Assembly: GCA_944364615.1 (NCBI GenBank)
Contig: CALVWF010000001.1
Span: 65,840 to 129,839, forward strand
DNA from: an uncultured Clostridia bacterium
GTDB taxonomy: Bacteria > Bacillota > Clostridia > Christensenellales > CAG-314
Direction: 5' to 3'
Length of the DNA: 64,000 nt
In this document: positions 1-9,265 of the stretch, piece by piece
How positions within the stretch are numbered: position 1 is the stretch's first letter
How the letters are laid out: every line of letters begins with the position of its first letter
The notes under the pieces: model-generated
Seen by the model: the letters and a program-made list of their open reading frames with translations, nothing else
Told to the model about the DNA's origin: nothing
The model's database searches: none
Program-made: the position numbers and the translations under genes

Positions 1-580
1 TTCTGTTGGTAAAGGCGCGCGACAAAGTAACTTCATCGGCGTACTGCAATTCGCTGCCGATGGAAATACCCTGCGCGAGACGCGTGACCTTTATACCGTA
101 GTTTTTAATCATTCGGGCAATATAAGTAGCAGTGGCTTCGCCCTCCGCACTTGTGTCAGTGGCGATGATGACCTCGGACACGTTGTCGGTCAGTCTGTGA
201 AACAACTCTGCCAAACGCAGATCGTCCTTGCCCACTCCTTGCAAAGGATCGAGCACACCGCCCAGTACGTGATATACTCCCTTGTATTCGCCGAGACGTT
301 CTATTGCCATTACGTCCTTGGCTTCCTGAACAACGCATATCACCGAATTGTCACGTTGCGAACAAATCCTGCACGGATCGGTGTCGGTAAGGTTGCCGCA
401 CACCGAACACACCTTGACTTCCGATTTTGCGTCGACAAGCGCGTCGGCAAACGCTTTTACTTCTTCGGGGGACATATCCAGCACCTTTAACGCGTAACGT
501 TGAGCGGTTTTCAGTCCCACGCCCGGCAACTTGGCAAACTGATTTATAAGCCTTGCTATGGGAGCGATATAATTTATCAT
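1..580 (-). CDS. recR: Recombination protein RecR (C-terminal end cut by window edge)
   Basis: Own translation from ATG 580-578: MINYIAPIARLINQFAKLPGVGLKTAQRYALKVLDMSPEEV..., C4 zinc finger CSVCGNLTDTDPCRIC, Toprim-like VIIATDTSAEGEATA. Absent from ORF track because it is open at position 1. Start overlaps ybaB stop by 1 nt. dnaX-ybaB-recR order. Confidence 0.92.
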   Translation of the reverse strand, partial: MINYIAPIARLINQFAKLPGVGLKTAQRYALKVLDMSPEEVKAFADALVDAKSEVKVCSVCGNLTDTDPCRICSQRDNSVICVVQEAKDVMAIERLGEYKGVYHVLGGVLDPLQGVGKDDLRLAELFHRLTDNVSEVIIATDTSAEGEATATYIARMIKNYGIKVTRLAQGISIGSELQYADEVTLSRAFTNR

Positions 581-933
581 TAAAACATTCCTCTCATTGC
601 GGCAAAGGGAGCCATGAGTTTTTCCTCTTCGGCATCCGCCTTGGAATACGCGTCGTTGATTGCAGCCAGAATAAGGTCTTCCAGCATTTCGACATCTTCG
701 GGATCCACCGCTTCAGGCTTTACGGACAATGCCGTGATCTGCTTTTTTCCGTTGCAAGTAACGGTGACCAGTCCGCTTGCGCTTCCCTGCACCGTCAGTT
801 CTTCCAGTTGCTGTTGCGCTTCCTGTAACTTCTGTTGCATCTGCTGAGCCTGTTTTACAAGGTTCTGCATTCCGCCGCCCATTTTCATTCCGCCGCCACC
901 GGGGTTGTATCCGTATTTGTTACCCATTTTCAA
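580..933 (-). CDS. ybaB: Nucleoid-associated protein YbaB/EbfC
   Basis: 117-aa ORF. Gly/Met-rich head then MQNLVKQAQQMQQKLQEAQQQLEEL...VTVTCNGKKQITALSVKPEAVDPEDVEMLEDLILAAINDA. AAGGAG RBS upstream. Lies between dnaX and recR. Confidence 0.9.
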   Translation of the reverse strand: MKMGNKYGYNPGGGGMKMGGGMQNLVKQAQQMQQKLQEAQQQLEELTVQGSASGLVTVTCNGKKQITALSVKPEAVDPEDVEMLEDLILAAINDAYSKADAEEEKLMAPFAAMRGMF

Positions 934-1001
934 AAACTCCTTCGGTTTAAAACCACAATCATAGTATATATTTAAATTCGCTCACAACTTTGTTGTGCCG
1001 T

Positions 1002-2474
1002 CTACTTTTCAAATCGTACGTCCGTGCCCAGATTCTTCAACTGTTTGTCGAGATCGGCTTCCGTCTGCGGAGCAACTTCACGCAACACCAGATTGTACTG
1101 TGTCAGTCCCGCAAGTATTTCTCTGAGCGTCTGTTCGTACTGCAATTTTATCAGGTTGTACTGACCTTTATTGCACTTTACCACAAAGTCGTCGCCCTCG
1201 ATTTCCACTTCCACTTCGCTCCACACGGCGGAAAACAAAGGTTGCTTCAATCTTTCGATTGCTACCTTTACGCCCTTCCATACGGACTGACGGTTTGTTC
1301 GGTCCACCACCAGCATACTGTCGGAACGGAGTGCGGACGGCTGTTGTTCGAGTCGCGTCAGGCGTCTGTCCAGTCCTTCGACGTCCACTTCGCCGGTGCT
1401 TGAGGCAATGCGCAGACACATCGCTTCCAGCAACATCACGGGTGAAAGCGCAAACCGTAAATCCGCTTCCAGTCTTGCAAGGCAGTCGATCGCGTACAGC
1501 AATTTTGCAGTGGTAACGGTTTCCGCACTTTCCTGAAGCATATTGTACATATCTTCCGGAAGACACAGTAATTGCCGTGAATTCGAACAGGTCTTTACCA
1601 CAAGAATATCGTGAAAATAACCTGACAAATCCTTTGCCAACCTGCCCACATCCTTGCCCTGCCGTGTAAGATCGTAAATACCGTTCAGAATTTTGCCCGG
1701 ATCGTTTGCAATCACCGCTTCGGCAAGTTGCGCGATACTCCTGCGGGAAGACACCCCCAGAATACTCATCACGTCGTCGTAAGTCAGTTTACCTTTTACC
1801 GGTCTGCATCTGTCTGCGATGGACAGACTGTCACGCACACTTCCTTCCGCCGCCACCGCAATTGCGTTGACCGCTTCTTTGTCGTAATCGATGCCCTCTT
1901 TTTGGTAAATGTCTTCTATGTGTCGGGCAAGCAAAGGCACAGACACCAGTCGGAAATCGAATCGCATACACCTGCTTAAAATGGTTGCGGGTATCTTGTG
2001 TACCTCCGTTGTGCACAGAATAAACACTGCGTGTTCGGGAGGTTCTTCCAACGTCTTCAACAGAGCGTTGAACGCTCCCTGGCTGAGCATGTGCACTTCG
2101 TCGATGATGTAAACTTTGTATTTGCCCGAAACGGGAGGAAACTGTACTTTTTCGCGTATATCCCTTGCGTAATCCACACCGTTGTTGGACGCGGCGTCCA
2201 TTTCCACAATGTCTATACTGTTGCCCTGCAACTGTCTGCATACCGAACATTTAAGGCAGGGATTGCCGTCCTTGCTGTCGATACAGTTTATTGCACGGGC
2301 AAATATTTTGGCGGTACTGGTCTTGCCCGTTCCGCGCGTGCCTGTGAAAAGATAGGCGTGCGACACCTTGCCGTTTACTATCTGATTTTTCAGTGTTGCG
2401 ACAATGTGGTCCTGTCCTATAACTCCGTCAAATGTTTCCGGACGGTATTTTCGGTACAATGCAGTGTAGTTCAT
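1002..2474 (-). CDS. dnaX: DNA polymerase III subunit gamma/tau
   Basis: 490-aa ORF. Walker A GTRGTGKTS, Zn module CLKCSVC, Walker B IIDEVHML, SRC motif ILSRCMRFDF. Confidence 0.95.
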   Translation of the reverse strand: MNYTALYRKYRPETFDGVIGQDHIVATLKNQIVNGKVSHAYLFTGTRGTGKTSTAKIFARAINCIDSKDGNPCLKCSVCRQLQGNSIDIVEMDAASNNGVDYARDIREKVQFPPVSGKYKVYIIDEVHMLSQGAFNALLKTLEEPPEHAVFILCTTEVHKIPATILSRCMRFDFRLVSVPLLARHIEDIYQKEGIDYDKEAVNAIAVAAEGSVRDSLSIADRCRPVKGKLTYDDVMSILGVSSRRSIAQLAEAVIANDPGKILNGIYDLTRQGKDVGRLAKDLSGYFHDILVVKTCSNSRQLLCLPEDMYNMLQESAETVTTAKLLYAIDCLARLEADLRFALSPVMLLEAMCLRIASSTGEVDVEGLDRRLTRLEQQPSALRSDSMLVVDRTNRQSVWKGVKVAIERLKQPLFSAVWSEVEVEIEGDDFVVKCNKGQYNLIKLQYEQTLREILAGLTQYNLVLREVAPQTEADLDKQLKNLGTDVRFEK

Positions 2475-2477
2475 CCG

Positions 2478-3029
2478 TTACTCCTTCTGTGCAAGCAGTT
2501 TTTTGCGGGCACGTTGCAATGCCCCGTCCACCGCCTTGTAACTTTTACCCGTGGCGGCGGTAATGTCTTCGTAAGTATATCCTTCCGCAAACAGGTTGAG
2601 CACCTGCCTTTCCGTATTGGTAAGTTGACCGTCTATTACCCGACGAATCTTCTGTGCGTATTCCTTTTTGAGCAGTACTTCCAGAGGATTGTCCAGTCCG
2701 TCGGGAACTTCGGTAAGTGACGACAACTGCACCGAACCTGCAAGCGCCTTGTTTTTCTCGCTGTTGTTACTGCGCACGGCGTTTACTATCTGCCTGTAAA
2801 CGCACAGTTTTACAAAAGAGGGAAAACTGCCCTTGTTACCGTCGTAGTTGTTGACGGCATTAAAAAGTCCCAACATTCCTTCCTGCAAAAGGTCGTCCTT
2901 GTCGCCCCCCACAAGATAGAAATTGTTGGCAACGGAACGTATCAGTCCCTTATATTGTGCCACTACCGCAGACATGGCTTCGCTGTCGCCCTGCCTTGCC
3001 AAAGTTAAAAGATTTTCCTGCTGTTTCAT
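2478..3029 (-). CDS. sigH: Sporulation-type RNA polymerase sigma factor SigH
   Basis: ORF 2478-3131 trimmed to MKQQENLL (ATG 3029-3027, ATGA overlap with rlmB stop). Region 2 DDLLQEGMLGLFNAVNNYDGNKGSFPSFVKLCVYRQI and C-terminal HTH YEDITAATGKSYKAVDGALQRARKKL. Follows mrnC-rlmB as in Bacillus. Confidence 0.8.
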   Translation of the reverse strand: MKQQENLLTLARQGDSEAMSAVVAQYKGLIRSVANNFYLVGGDKDDLLQEGMLGLFNAVNNYDGNKGSFPSFVKLCVYRQIVNAVRSNNSEKNKALAGSVQLSSLTEVPDGLDNPLEVLLKKEYAQKIRRVIDGQLTNTERQVLNLFAEGYTYEDITAATGKSYKAVDGALQRARKKLLAQKE

Positions 3030-3730
3030 TGTCTTTGTCTGACCGCTTCGTATACCACGATACCGCATGCGACCGATGCGTTCAGCGAATTGACCTTGCC
3101 TTTCAATGCAATGGAAATAACCCCGTCGCACAGTGAACGCGTCAGTTTACCCACGCCGCTGCCCTCGCCGCCTATGACAAGCGCAACGTTTCCCCTGAGG
3201 TCTGCTTGGTACATACTCGCTCCGTCCATATCGGCGCAGTATACCCATACGCCCTCGTCGCGAAGTTGCTTTATCGTGTTGTTGATGTTGGTAACGCGCG
3301 CTATCTTGACGTGAGAAACCGCTCCCGCCGAACAGCGTTCCACAGTTTCGTTTACCGCTACCTGTCTGTTTTTACCTATGATTATGCCGTCAACGCCGGC
3401 ACATTCGCAAACTCTGATTATACTGCCGAAATTGTGAGGATCGGTGATCTCTTCCAGAATGACGAGCAACACGTTGTCTTTGTTGTTGCGCGGAAACAGT
3501 TCCTCAACCTCACAGTACGCAAAGTCGGAAACAAAAGCAATACATCCCTGATGTCTGCCCTTGTCGCTTTCGGCGTCGAGCACCGACCTGTCCACCCATT
3601 GCACCTTTATTCCCTTACGGCGCGCAAGCGCGACCACTTCCCCTTTGTCGCCCTTTTCCACCATCACCTTTTCTACCGTTCTGTCCGAACGCAAAGCCTC
3701 CGTTACGGCGTTTTTACCAAAAATTTTCAT
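3026..3730 (-). CDS. rlmB: 23S rRNA (guanosine-2'-O)-methyltransferase RlmB (SpoU/TrmH family)
   Basis: ORF 3026-3910 trimmed to MKIFGKNAV (ATG 3730-3728, ATGA overlap with mrnC stop). Motifs LVILEEITDPHNFGSIIR, ALVIGGEGSG, SLNASVACGIVVYE. Confidence 0.85.
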   Translation of the reverse strand: MKIFGKNAVTEALRSDRTVEKVMVEKGDKGEVVALARRKGIKVQWVDRSVLDAESDKGRHQGCIAFVSDFAYCEVEELFPRNNKDNVLLVILEEITDPHNFGSIIRVCECAGVDGIIIGKNRQVAVNETVERCSAGAVSHVKIARVTNINNTIKQLRDEGVWVYCADMDGASMYQADLRGNVALVIGGEGSGVGKLTRSLCDGVISIALKGKVNSLNASVACGIVVYEAVRQRQ

Positions 3731-4137
3731 ACTGTTTCTCCGAGTAACTGCATCAGACGTTCCGTATTGCCTGTAAGATAAAGATATCCTATAACCGCTT
3801 CGATGCCCGTTGCCATACGGTAATCGGCAAGCGTCTGGTTTTTGGCAACATGATGACTTTTGCCGTTTCTTCCCCGCATAAACACGTCGCGTTCCTCTTC
3901 GGTAAGACAAGGCAAAAGTTTTTCCGCCAACTGCGACTGACTGTGAGCGTTGACCTGACCGCTTGCAAGTTCGTGCATGCGTCCCGCCTTGAAGTCGTGT
4001 TCGTGCACGAGTTTTTCCCTCACTATGAGGCTGTGAACAGCATCTCCTACGTAGGCAAGCACCAACGGATTGACATTGACCGCATTACTCTTAGTCATTG
4101 TTCCGAAAAAATTCATTGAGCCGTCCTTTGCGCCCAT
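3727..4137 (-). CDS. mrnC: Mini-ribonuclease 3 (Mini-III)
   Basis: 136-aa ORF with RNase III-like signature LAYVGDAVHSLIVRE and ATGIEAVIGYLYL. True start may be an internal Met (4116 or 4098). Confidence 0.8.
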   Translation of the reverse strand: MGAKDGSMNFFGTMTKSNAVNVNPLVLAYVGDAVHSLIVREKLVHEHDFKAGRMHELASGQVNAHSQSQLAEKLLPCLTEEERDVFMRGRNGKSHHVAKNQTLADYRMATGIEAVIGYLYLTGNTERLMQLLGETV

Positions 4138-4168
4138 ACAATATAAGTATCGGCAAAATATTTATATA

Positions 4169-4768
4169 TTATTGTACCACATCGGGCTTGCAATTAGCAA
4201 GCAACTTGGACAATGTTACTACAAACAGAGTACATCCCCAATGTTCCGAATGTTCGGTAAAGCCGTACTTCTTGTAAAAGTTGCACCCTTTTACGTTGTC
4301 CGTCGAACACAACAGCATTACAGTGTGCGCTTTTTTGCTTTCGAGATGTCTTGCAAGCGCGTACAGCAATTTTCTTCCCACGCCCTGTCGCTGACATTTT
4401 TCGGTGATATCTATGTGCATATGAGCAACTCCCGAAAGCGCGGTTTTGTTCCAGAACCGTACCGTGCGTTTCTGCGAAATGTACTGTCTGAAACTTAATT
4501 TTCTTACAAGAGGCAGATAAAGACTGCGCATTTTGCGCGAAAAGTCGGCATGATCGTCGCAGGCAAGAATATACCCCGTCACTTCGCCCTCCTGTTCGGC
4601 TACAAAAGTGTTGTCGGTAAAATCGGTATAGTAATCGCTGTACAGCGAAGTCAGCATTGTGCGGTTTGTCGGGGTGTCGTTGTCTTTAAGCCATGACGTT
4701 TCCACACAAATGTCCTGAACGGCGGTTCTATCTTTGCGACAGTATTTTCTGATAGTAAGCATAAACAC
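4169..4768 (-). CDS. GNAT family N-acetyltransferase
   Basis: 199-aa ORF. Acetyl-CoA motif QRQGVGRKLLYALARHL and C-terminal FYKKYGF. Confidence 0.8.
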   Translation of the reverse strand: MFMLTIRKYCRKDRTAVQDICVETSWLKDNDTPTNRTMLTSLYSDYYTDFTDNTFVAEQEGEVTGYILACDDHADFSRKMRSLYLPLVRKLSFRQYISQKRTVRFWNKTALSGVAHMHIDITEKCQRQGVGRKLLYALARHLESKKAHTVMLLCSTDNVKGCNFYKKYGFTEHSEHWGCTLFVVTLSKLLANCKPDVVQ

Positions 4769-4820
4769 CTCCCGTACGATTCAATGCTACCACCTGCTGA
4801 CTTTTCTGTCAATAACGGTA

Positions 4821-4849
4821 TTGAAATACGTCCCGCCGTGTGATATACT
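4821..4849 (+). promoter_or_regulatory. Sigma-A-type promoter for the 4870 gene
   Basis: TTGAAA (4821-4826), 17-nt spacer, TGaTATACT extended -10 (TATACT 4844-4849), about 20 nt before AGGGAGG RBS. Confidence 0.55.
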
Positions 4850-4869
4850 TTAACAGGGAGGTAGAAGGA

Positions 4870-5907
4870 ATGAACCAACAGATTAAACTGACTCCGGGCA
4901 GACTTCTCGATGACAAGGGATGTCTTGTACAGGCGGGGTACGCAACCTCGATGGTAAAGCAGTACGACAGAAAGGACATTAAAGGACACGCATTTGCAAT
5001 AAAGGAGTGGGATTACTACATAGTAACCGACGGTCACCGTGCGGTTGCGCTTACCGTAGCCGACAACTCGTACATGTCGCTGGTGTCGGCAAGTTATCTT
5101 GACTTAACACAACCCCGTTACAAGACTACAAGTAAAATGGACTTTTTTACATTCGGGAAAACAGGACTGCCGTCCACGTTGGAAAAAGGCGACGTGATTT
5201 ACCGCTCCAAACGCGTTGATATGGAGTTTGCCAACGACGGAACGGCAAGGCGACTTTACTGCAGATTCAACGATTTTGCAGAGGGCGAAACACTGACCTG
5301 CGAATTTAAAGTTACCGACCAACCGAAAGAATACATGACAATAGCAATGCCATTTAAAGAAAAGAAACACGCGTTCTATTACAACGCAAAAGTAAACTGT
5401 ATGACTGCGGAAGGATACGCGCGGCTGGGAAAGGAAGAATACCTGTTCGACAAAAGAAACTCGCTTGCCACGTTGGATTGGGGCAGAGGCATCTGGACGT
5501 ACAAAAACACATGGTACTGGAGCAGTCTGCAAGCATACGACGACAACGGCAAGACAATAGGATTCAATCTCGGCTACGGTTTCGGAGACACTTCCGCTGC
5601 CACGGAAAACATGCTGTTTTACGACAAAAAGGCATACAAACTGAACGACGTCACCTTCAATATACCCAAAGACGACAAAGGCAACGACGACTTTATGTCG
5701 CCGTGGACGTTTACTTCGTCGGACAACGGCGTAGACCTGACCTTTACCCCTGTGCTGGACAGAAAGGACATCACCGATCTTAAAGTTCTGGCAAGCATAC
5801 AGCACCAGGTGTTCGGATATTTCAACGGCAGTATAACCGCGGAAGGCGTGACGGTAAAGTTTGACAACAAACCGGGTTTTGCGGAAAAAGTGTTCAACAA
5901 GTGGTAA
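4870..5907 (+). CDS. DUF2804-like protein
   Basis: ORF 4840-5907 trimmed to ATG 4870 behind AGGGAGG. KEWDYYIV and a beta-rich body recall DUF2804. Family assignment from memory only. Confidence 0.55.
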   Translation: MNQQIKLTPGRLLDDKGCLVQAGYATSMVKQYDRKDIKGHAFAIKEWDYYIVTDGHRAVALTVADNSYMSLVSASYLDLTQPRYKTTSKMDFFTFGKTGLPSTLEKGDVIYRSKRVDMEFANDGTARRLYCRFNDFAEGETLTCEFKVTDQPKEYMTIAMPFKEKKHAFYYNAKVNCMTAEGYARLGKEEYLFDKRNSLATLDWGRGIWTYKNTWYWSSLQAYDDNGKTIGFNLGYGFGDTSAATENMLFYDKKAYKLNDVTFNIPKDDKGNDDFMSPWTFTSSDNGVDLTFTPVLDRKDITDLKVLASIQHQVFGYFNGSITAEGVTVKFDNKPGFAEKVFNKW

Positions 5908-5925
5908 AAGGGCAAAACATTACAT

Positions 5926-5958
5926 CAAAAAAGCAGTTGCGATTTGCAACTGCTTTTT
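5926..5958. terminator. Bidirectional rho-independent terminator
   Basis: aaaaAAGCAGTTGC-gattt-GCAACTGCTTttt between convergent genes ending at 5907 (+) and 5960 (-). Confidence 0.8.
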
Positions 5959-5959
5959 A

Positions 5960-6235
5960 TCAGTCTTTGGGCAACATCCTGACGTAACCGCCGGGACCGC
6001 GATGCACCGCTCTCGAAACTCTGGACAGCGTGGCGGAAGATATTCCCGTTTGTTCGATTATTTCGCTGTAAGTTTTACCTTCCACGATAAGTTTGGCAGC
6101 CATTGCCCGCTGTGCCATCTGCTCCACTTCCTGAAAGGTGCACAGATCTTCCAGCAACTGTCTGCAATCTTCCACTGTCTTGCAATTGAGCAAGGTGCGG
6201 TACAGAACATCCTGCATGTGTTCGTAATCTTTCAT
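5960..6235 (-). CDS. TrpR-like YerC/YecD family protein
   Basis: 91-aa ORF. LLEDLCTFQEVEQMAQRAMAAKLIVEGKTYSEIIEQTGISSATLSRVSRAV matches the YerC/YecD pattern. Confidence 0.8.
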   Translation of the reverse strand: MKDYEHMQDVLYRTLLNCKTVEDCRQLLEDLCTFQEVEQMAQRAMAAKLIVEGKTYSEIIEQTGISSATLSRVSRAVHRGPGGYVRMLPKD

Positions 6236-6256
6236 ATGTCATTACCCCCTAAAACA

Positions 6257-6864
6257 TCAGGCTGTCTTTTGCAAAAACGCACGCAACTTGTCACTCTTCG
6301 GATTGAGCAACACCTCCGACGCACGTCCGTATTCCTCGGCAACCCCCTCCGAGAGAAACAAGACGTTGTCTGCGACATTCAATGCAAACTGCATTTCGTG
6401 CGTTACTATAATCATTGTTCGATCCGAACTCTTCAACGATCTGATGACTTTCAGCACTTCCCCGTCAATTCGGGATCCAATGCGCTTGTAGGTTCGTCGA
6501 AACACAGTACGGAAGGTTGAAGTATCAATGCACGCGCGATGGCAACACGCTGTTGCTGTCCGCCCGACAGTTGGTAAGGGTAGCAGTCTTTTTTGTCAGA
6601 CATTCCCACACGGACAAGCCACTGTTCGGCACTGACTGTCCATTCGCGCTGCAAGTCGTCACGCAACTGTCTGTACTGTTCGCTGAAAGTTTGTTTTAAT
6701 TGCCTTTTCTTTAAGCCCGACTCTTTTTTCAATTGTACCGCAATTTGCTTTTTCATGTCAACAAGTTGTTGCCTGCACAGCAATTTTTTTGCCAACGCCA
6801 CATTTTCCAGAGCGGTATATTGAGGAAACAGATTGAAGTGCTGAAAAACCATTCCGAACTGCAA
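6257..6864 (-). pseudogene. Remnant of an amino-acid-type ABC transporter ATP-binding protein (5'-truncated and frameshifted)
   Basis: Two overlapping ORFs in different frames. 6451-6864 has Q-loop [27 protein letters not shown] and Walker [15 protein letters not shown]. 6257-6505 has [10 protein letters not shown]...MIIVTHEMQFA. The Walker A region (about 75 aa) is missing, and a TAA lies just upstream in frame. No permease or binding-protein gene nearby. Confidence 0.8.
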
Positions 6865-6983
6865 CCTTAAACGATAAAACTTACCGCAATTGACCTTTAA
6901 TTACAGTGTAGTAGCGACTCGGTTATACCCTATGTCAAAGCCGCCGATAAAAATACAAAAAAAACATTAAACAGACGTCCGAC

Positions 6984-7013
6984 AAAAAAAAAGAGCAAGG
7001 TCGCCCTTGCTCT
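6984..7013 (-). terminator. Rho-independent terminator after galT
   Basis: Minus strand AGAGCAAGG-gcga-CCTTGCTCT followed by a T-run (plus-strand A-run 6984-6991). Confidence 0.8.
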
Positions 7014-7036
7014 TTATATGAGGTTGTTTTAAACCT

Positions 7037-8530
7037 TTATTTCAACGCGCTGTCAAGAAACTGCTCGAAAGCGGTCTGTCCCTGTTCGTCGGGTTTGAAC
7101 ACCGCCGTGTTGTACAGAATGTTTTTGCACACATCATCCACATACGCTCTTACGACGGCCTTGGCGTGTTCGGGCGTATTGGAATTACCGTTGTCGGCAA
7201 GCAGTTTGTCAATCATGTCGCCGTGTATCCGCATGTCGGAAGCAAGCGACGTTCTGTCGTAAGGCTCGCCGCACAGGTAACCTTCCACTTCTTTGAGTTG
7301 TCTGTCCAGACGTGCGGGCAAAACGAACAGTCCCATTGCTTCTATAAGTCCGATACCTTCGCTCTTTATGTTGTGGTACTGCTTGTGCGCGTGGAAAATT
7401 CCGTCGGGATATTCTTCGGAAACTCTGTTGTTGCGGAATATGATGTCCAGTATATACGTATCGCCATGCTTTCTTGCAATGGGAGCGAATATATTGTGTC
7501 TTTCGCCGTCGGTGTGAGAAATTATGTCAAGTTGCGCGTTGTCGTAATTTTCCCAGGCACAACTCAACTTCCACGCCAGTTTTTCAATGGCCTTGCGGTC
7601 GGCAGATTGAAGTCTGACCGCACTGTTGTACCAGTCAAGAATCTGCACTTCCACTCCGTCCGTCACTCCAAGGCTTTTTCTTGCATCCGCCTTCTGCATC
7701 GGCAAAACTTCCTTACCGCCCTGATAATGGTCGTGATTGAGTATCGAACCGCCCACTCTCGGCAAAGCGGCATTGCTTCCGAGAAAATAGAAGGGGAACT
7801 GATCCACGAAATCGAACAGACGCGGTACGGTGCGGTCCGTAAGGTTCATCGGTACATGATTGTAGTTTACCGCAATTCCGTGCTGATAAAAGTAGGCGTA
7901 AGGGGAAAACTGCCAGAACCACTTCTGTCCGTCCAGCGTAATGTTCGCCCAGCGCAAAGTCTGTCTTACGGTGTTGCCCGAACAATAGCCGATGTTTTCC
8001 GCGCACAACTGACAGGCAGGGTAACCCGTCTTGACGGCAGTAAGCAACTTGGCAATTTGTTTGTTGTCTTTTTCGGGTTTGGAAAGGTTGATTGTGATGA
8101 CAAGTCCGTCCTTACTTACCCACTTGATGTTGCGCGCTATTGCCGACGCTTTTACGTAGTCGTTTGCTATTCCGTAGGCGTGCAGATCGTTCATTGCCTT
8201 TTCGTAACCGTGGCGTCTGCCTTCTGCATGAAAACGTCTGTCAATTTCCGACGGGCGCAGACTGAGCAATGACAGTATATCTGCCGAAAACTTTTCGCTG
8301 TCGCCGTTGTCGCTGCCGTTTTGCTTGGCGAATTCAAGCAACGGCTTCATTACGTTGTCGGGATTGGTGTCGGAAATACGTCTTTTCTTCAACTTTTCCG
8401 TTGTGCCCTGCGCTCCTATCATGGACAAGACTCTGTTGTAGTAATACAGCGAGTCTTTTTTGTCGACGCCGAGATTTTTCTGCGCGTAAACGATAAGATC
8501 GTAAACTTTCTGCTGAATGGTGATTGCCAT
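7037..8530 (-). CDS. galT: UDP-glucose--hexose-1-phosphate uridylyltransferase (GalT, long Firmicutes type)
   Basis: 497-aa ORF. FSPYAYFYQHGIAVNYNHVPM and GGSILNHDHYQGG motifs typical of family-2 GalT. Confidence 0.9.
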   Translation of the reverse strand: MAITIQQKVYDLIVYAQKNLGVDKKDSLYYYNRVLSMIGAQGTTEKLKKRRISDTNPDNVMKPLLEFAKQNGSDNGDSEKFSADILSLLSLRPSEIDRRFHAEGRRHGYEKAMNDLHAYGIANDYVKASAIARNIKWVSKDGLVITINLSKPEKDNKQIAKLLTAVKTGYPACQLCAENIGYCSGNTVRQTLRWANITLDGQKWFWQFSPYAYFYQHGIAVNYNHVPMNLTDRTVPRLFDFVDQFPFYFLGSNAALPRVGGSILNHDHYQGGKEVLPMQKADARKSLGVTDGVEVQILDWYNSAVRLQSADRKAIEKLAWKLSCAWENYDNAQLDIISHTDGERHNIFAPIARKHGDTYILDIIFRNNRVSEEYPDGIFHAHKQYHNIKSEGIGLIEAMGLFVLPARLDRQLKEVEGYLCGEPYDRTSLASDMRIHGDMIDKLLADNGNSNTPEHAKAVVRAYVDDVCKNILYNTAVFKPDEQGQTAFEQFLDSALK

Positions 8531-8562
8531 ACTTTTCCTCCGTAAAATTAACCTCTGATTAT

Positions 8563-9222
8563 TTATTGCTGTTGATCCCTGTATCTGTTGATGACGGCGG
8601 ACACCGTGTCGTAATCGTATCCGCGCGACAACAGATGACGCTGCAATCTGACGAGAGTCGCAGTGTCGTTGGGCTTGTTTTTCATAAATTTGTCTGCTAC
8701 CGCATTGGCGTTGTCACGGGCGTAGCCGTCCTCCTGACTGCCGAAACGCAGGGCAATTTCCGTCAAGATGCCCTTCTGTCGCAACTCGTTTACTATGCGA
8801 CGTTGTCCGCGCGTTTTTCCGAACTGCTCGGCGTAAAGACGCGCGTATCTTGCGTCGTCTATATAGCCGTATTCACGCAATTTGTCCGCGACGCTGTCTA
8901 CCGTGTCCGAATCGTAGCCTTTGGACGAAAGAAACTTCTTTAACTGTTCCTCCGTGCGCATGGCGCGGGAAAGATATTCGACCGCCTTGGCAAACGCGCT
9001 TTCCCGTTCGCTGTCCGACAGCGCTTCTCTTAAACGTTCCTCCGAAATTTCCATGCCTGTTTTAAGACCGTTGCGCACCACCGAAATGGCCTCCGCTCCG
9101 CGCAGAAACTCACCGTCAACGTATATGTTGACTCGGTTTTTGTTGTTTTTCTGAACTTGAATGTCTGTAATTCGCGGCATCTTTTTTCCCTTAAAACGTT
9201 GTTCGGAAGGGGACTGCGTCAA
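8563..9222 (-). CDS. recX: Recombination regulator RecX
   Basis: 219-aa ORF (TTG start). ITDIQVQKNNKNRVNIYVDGEFL head and repeated helical modules. An alternative ATG start at 9180 (MPRITDIQ) is possible. Confidence 0.75.
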   Translation of the reverse strand: MTQSPSEQRFKGKKMPRITDIQVQKNNKNRVNIYVDGEFLRGAEAISVVRNGLKTGMEISEERLREALSDSERESAFAKAVEYLSRAMRTEEQLKKFLSSKGYDSDTVDSVADKLREYGYIDDARYARLYAEQFGKTRGQRRIVNELRQKGILTEIALRFGSQEDGYARDNANAVADKFMKNKPNDTATLVRLQRHLLSRGYDYDTVSAVINRYRDQQQ

Positions 9223-9265
9223 CCTTTCTCCGACATTGCAATTATATCACAGACTTTAAATATTT

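Noticed and set aside
7166-8272. Long antisense ORFs opposite well-supported genes (also 17409-18491, 34008-35048, 37717-38787, 51106-52098, 52719-53735, 55432-56178, 15994-16815, 42628-43491, 20852-21379, 45572-46177, 47363-48115)
   Set aside because: Each overlaps a gene with clear family motifs on the other strand. All lack an RBS and any recognisable motif. They are frame shadows of the real genes.
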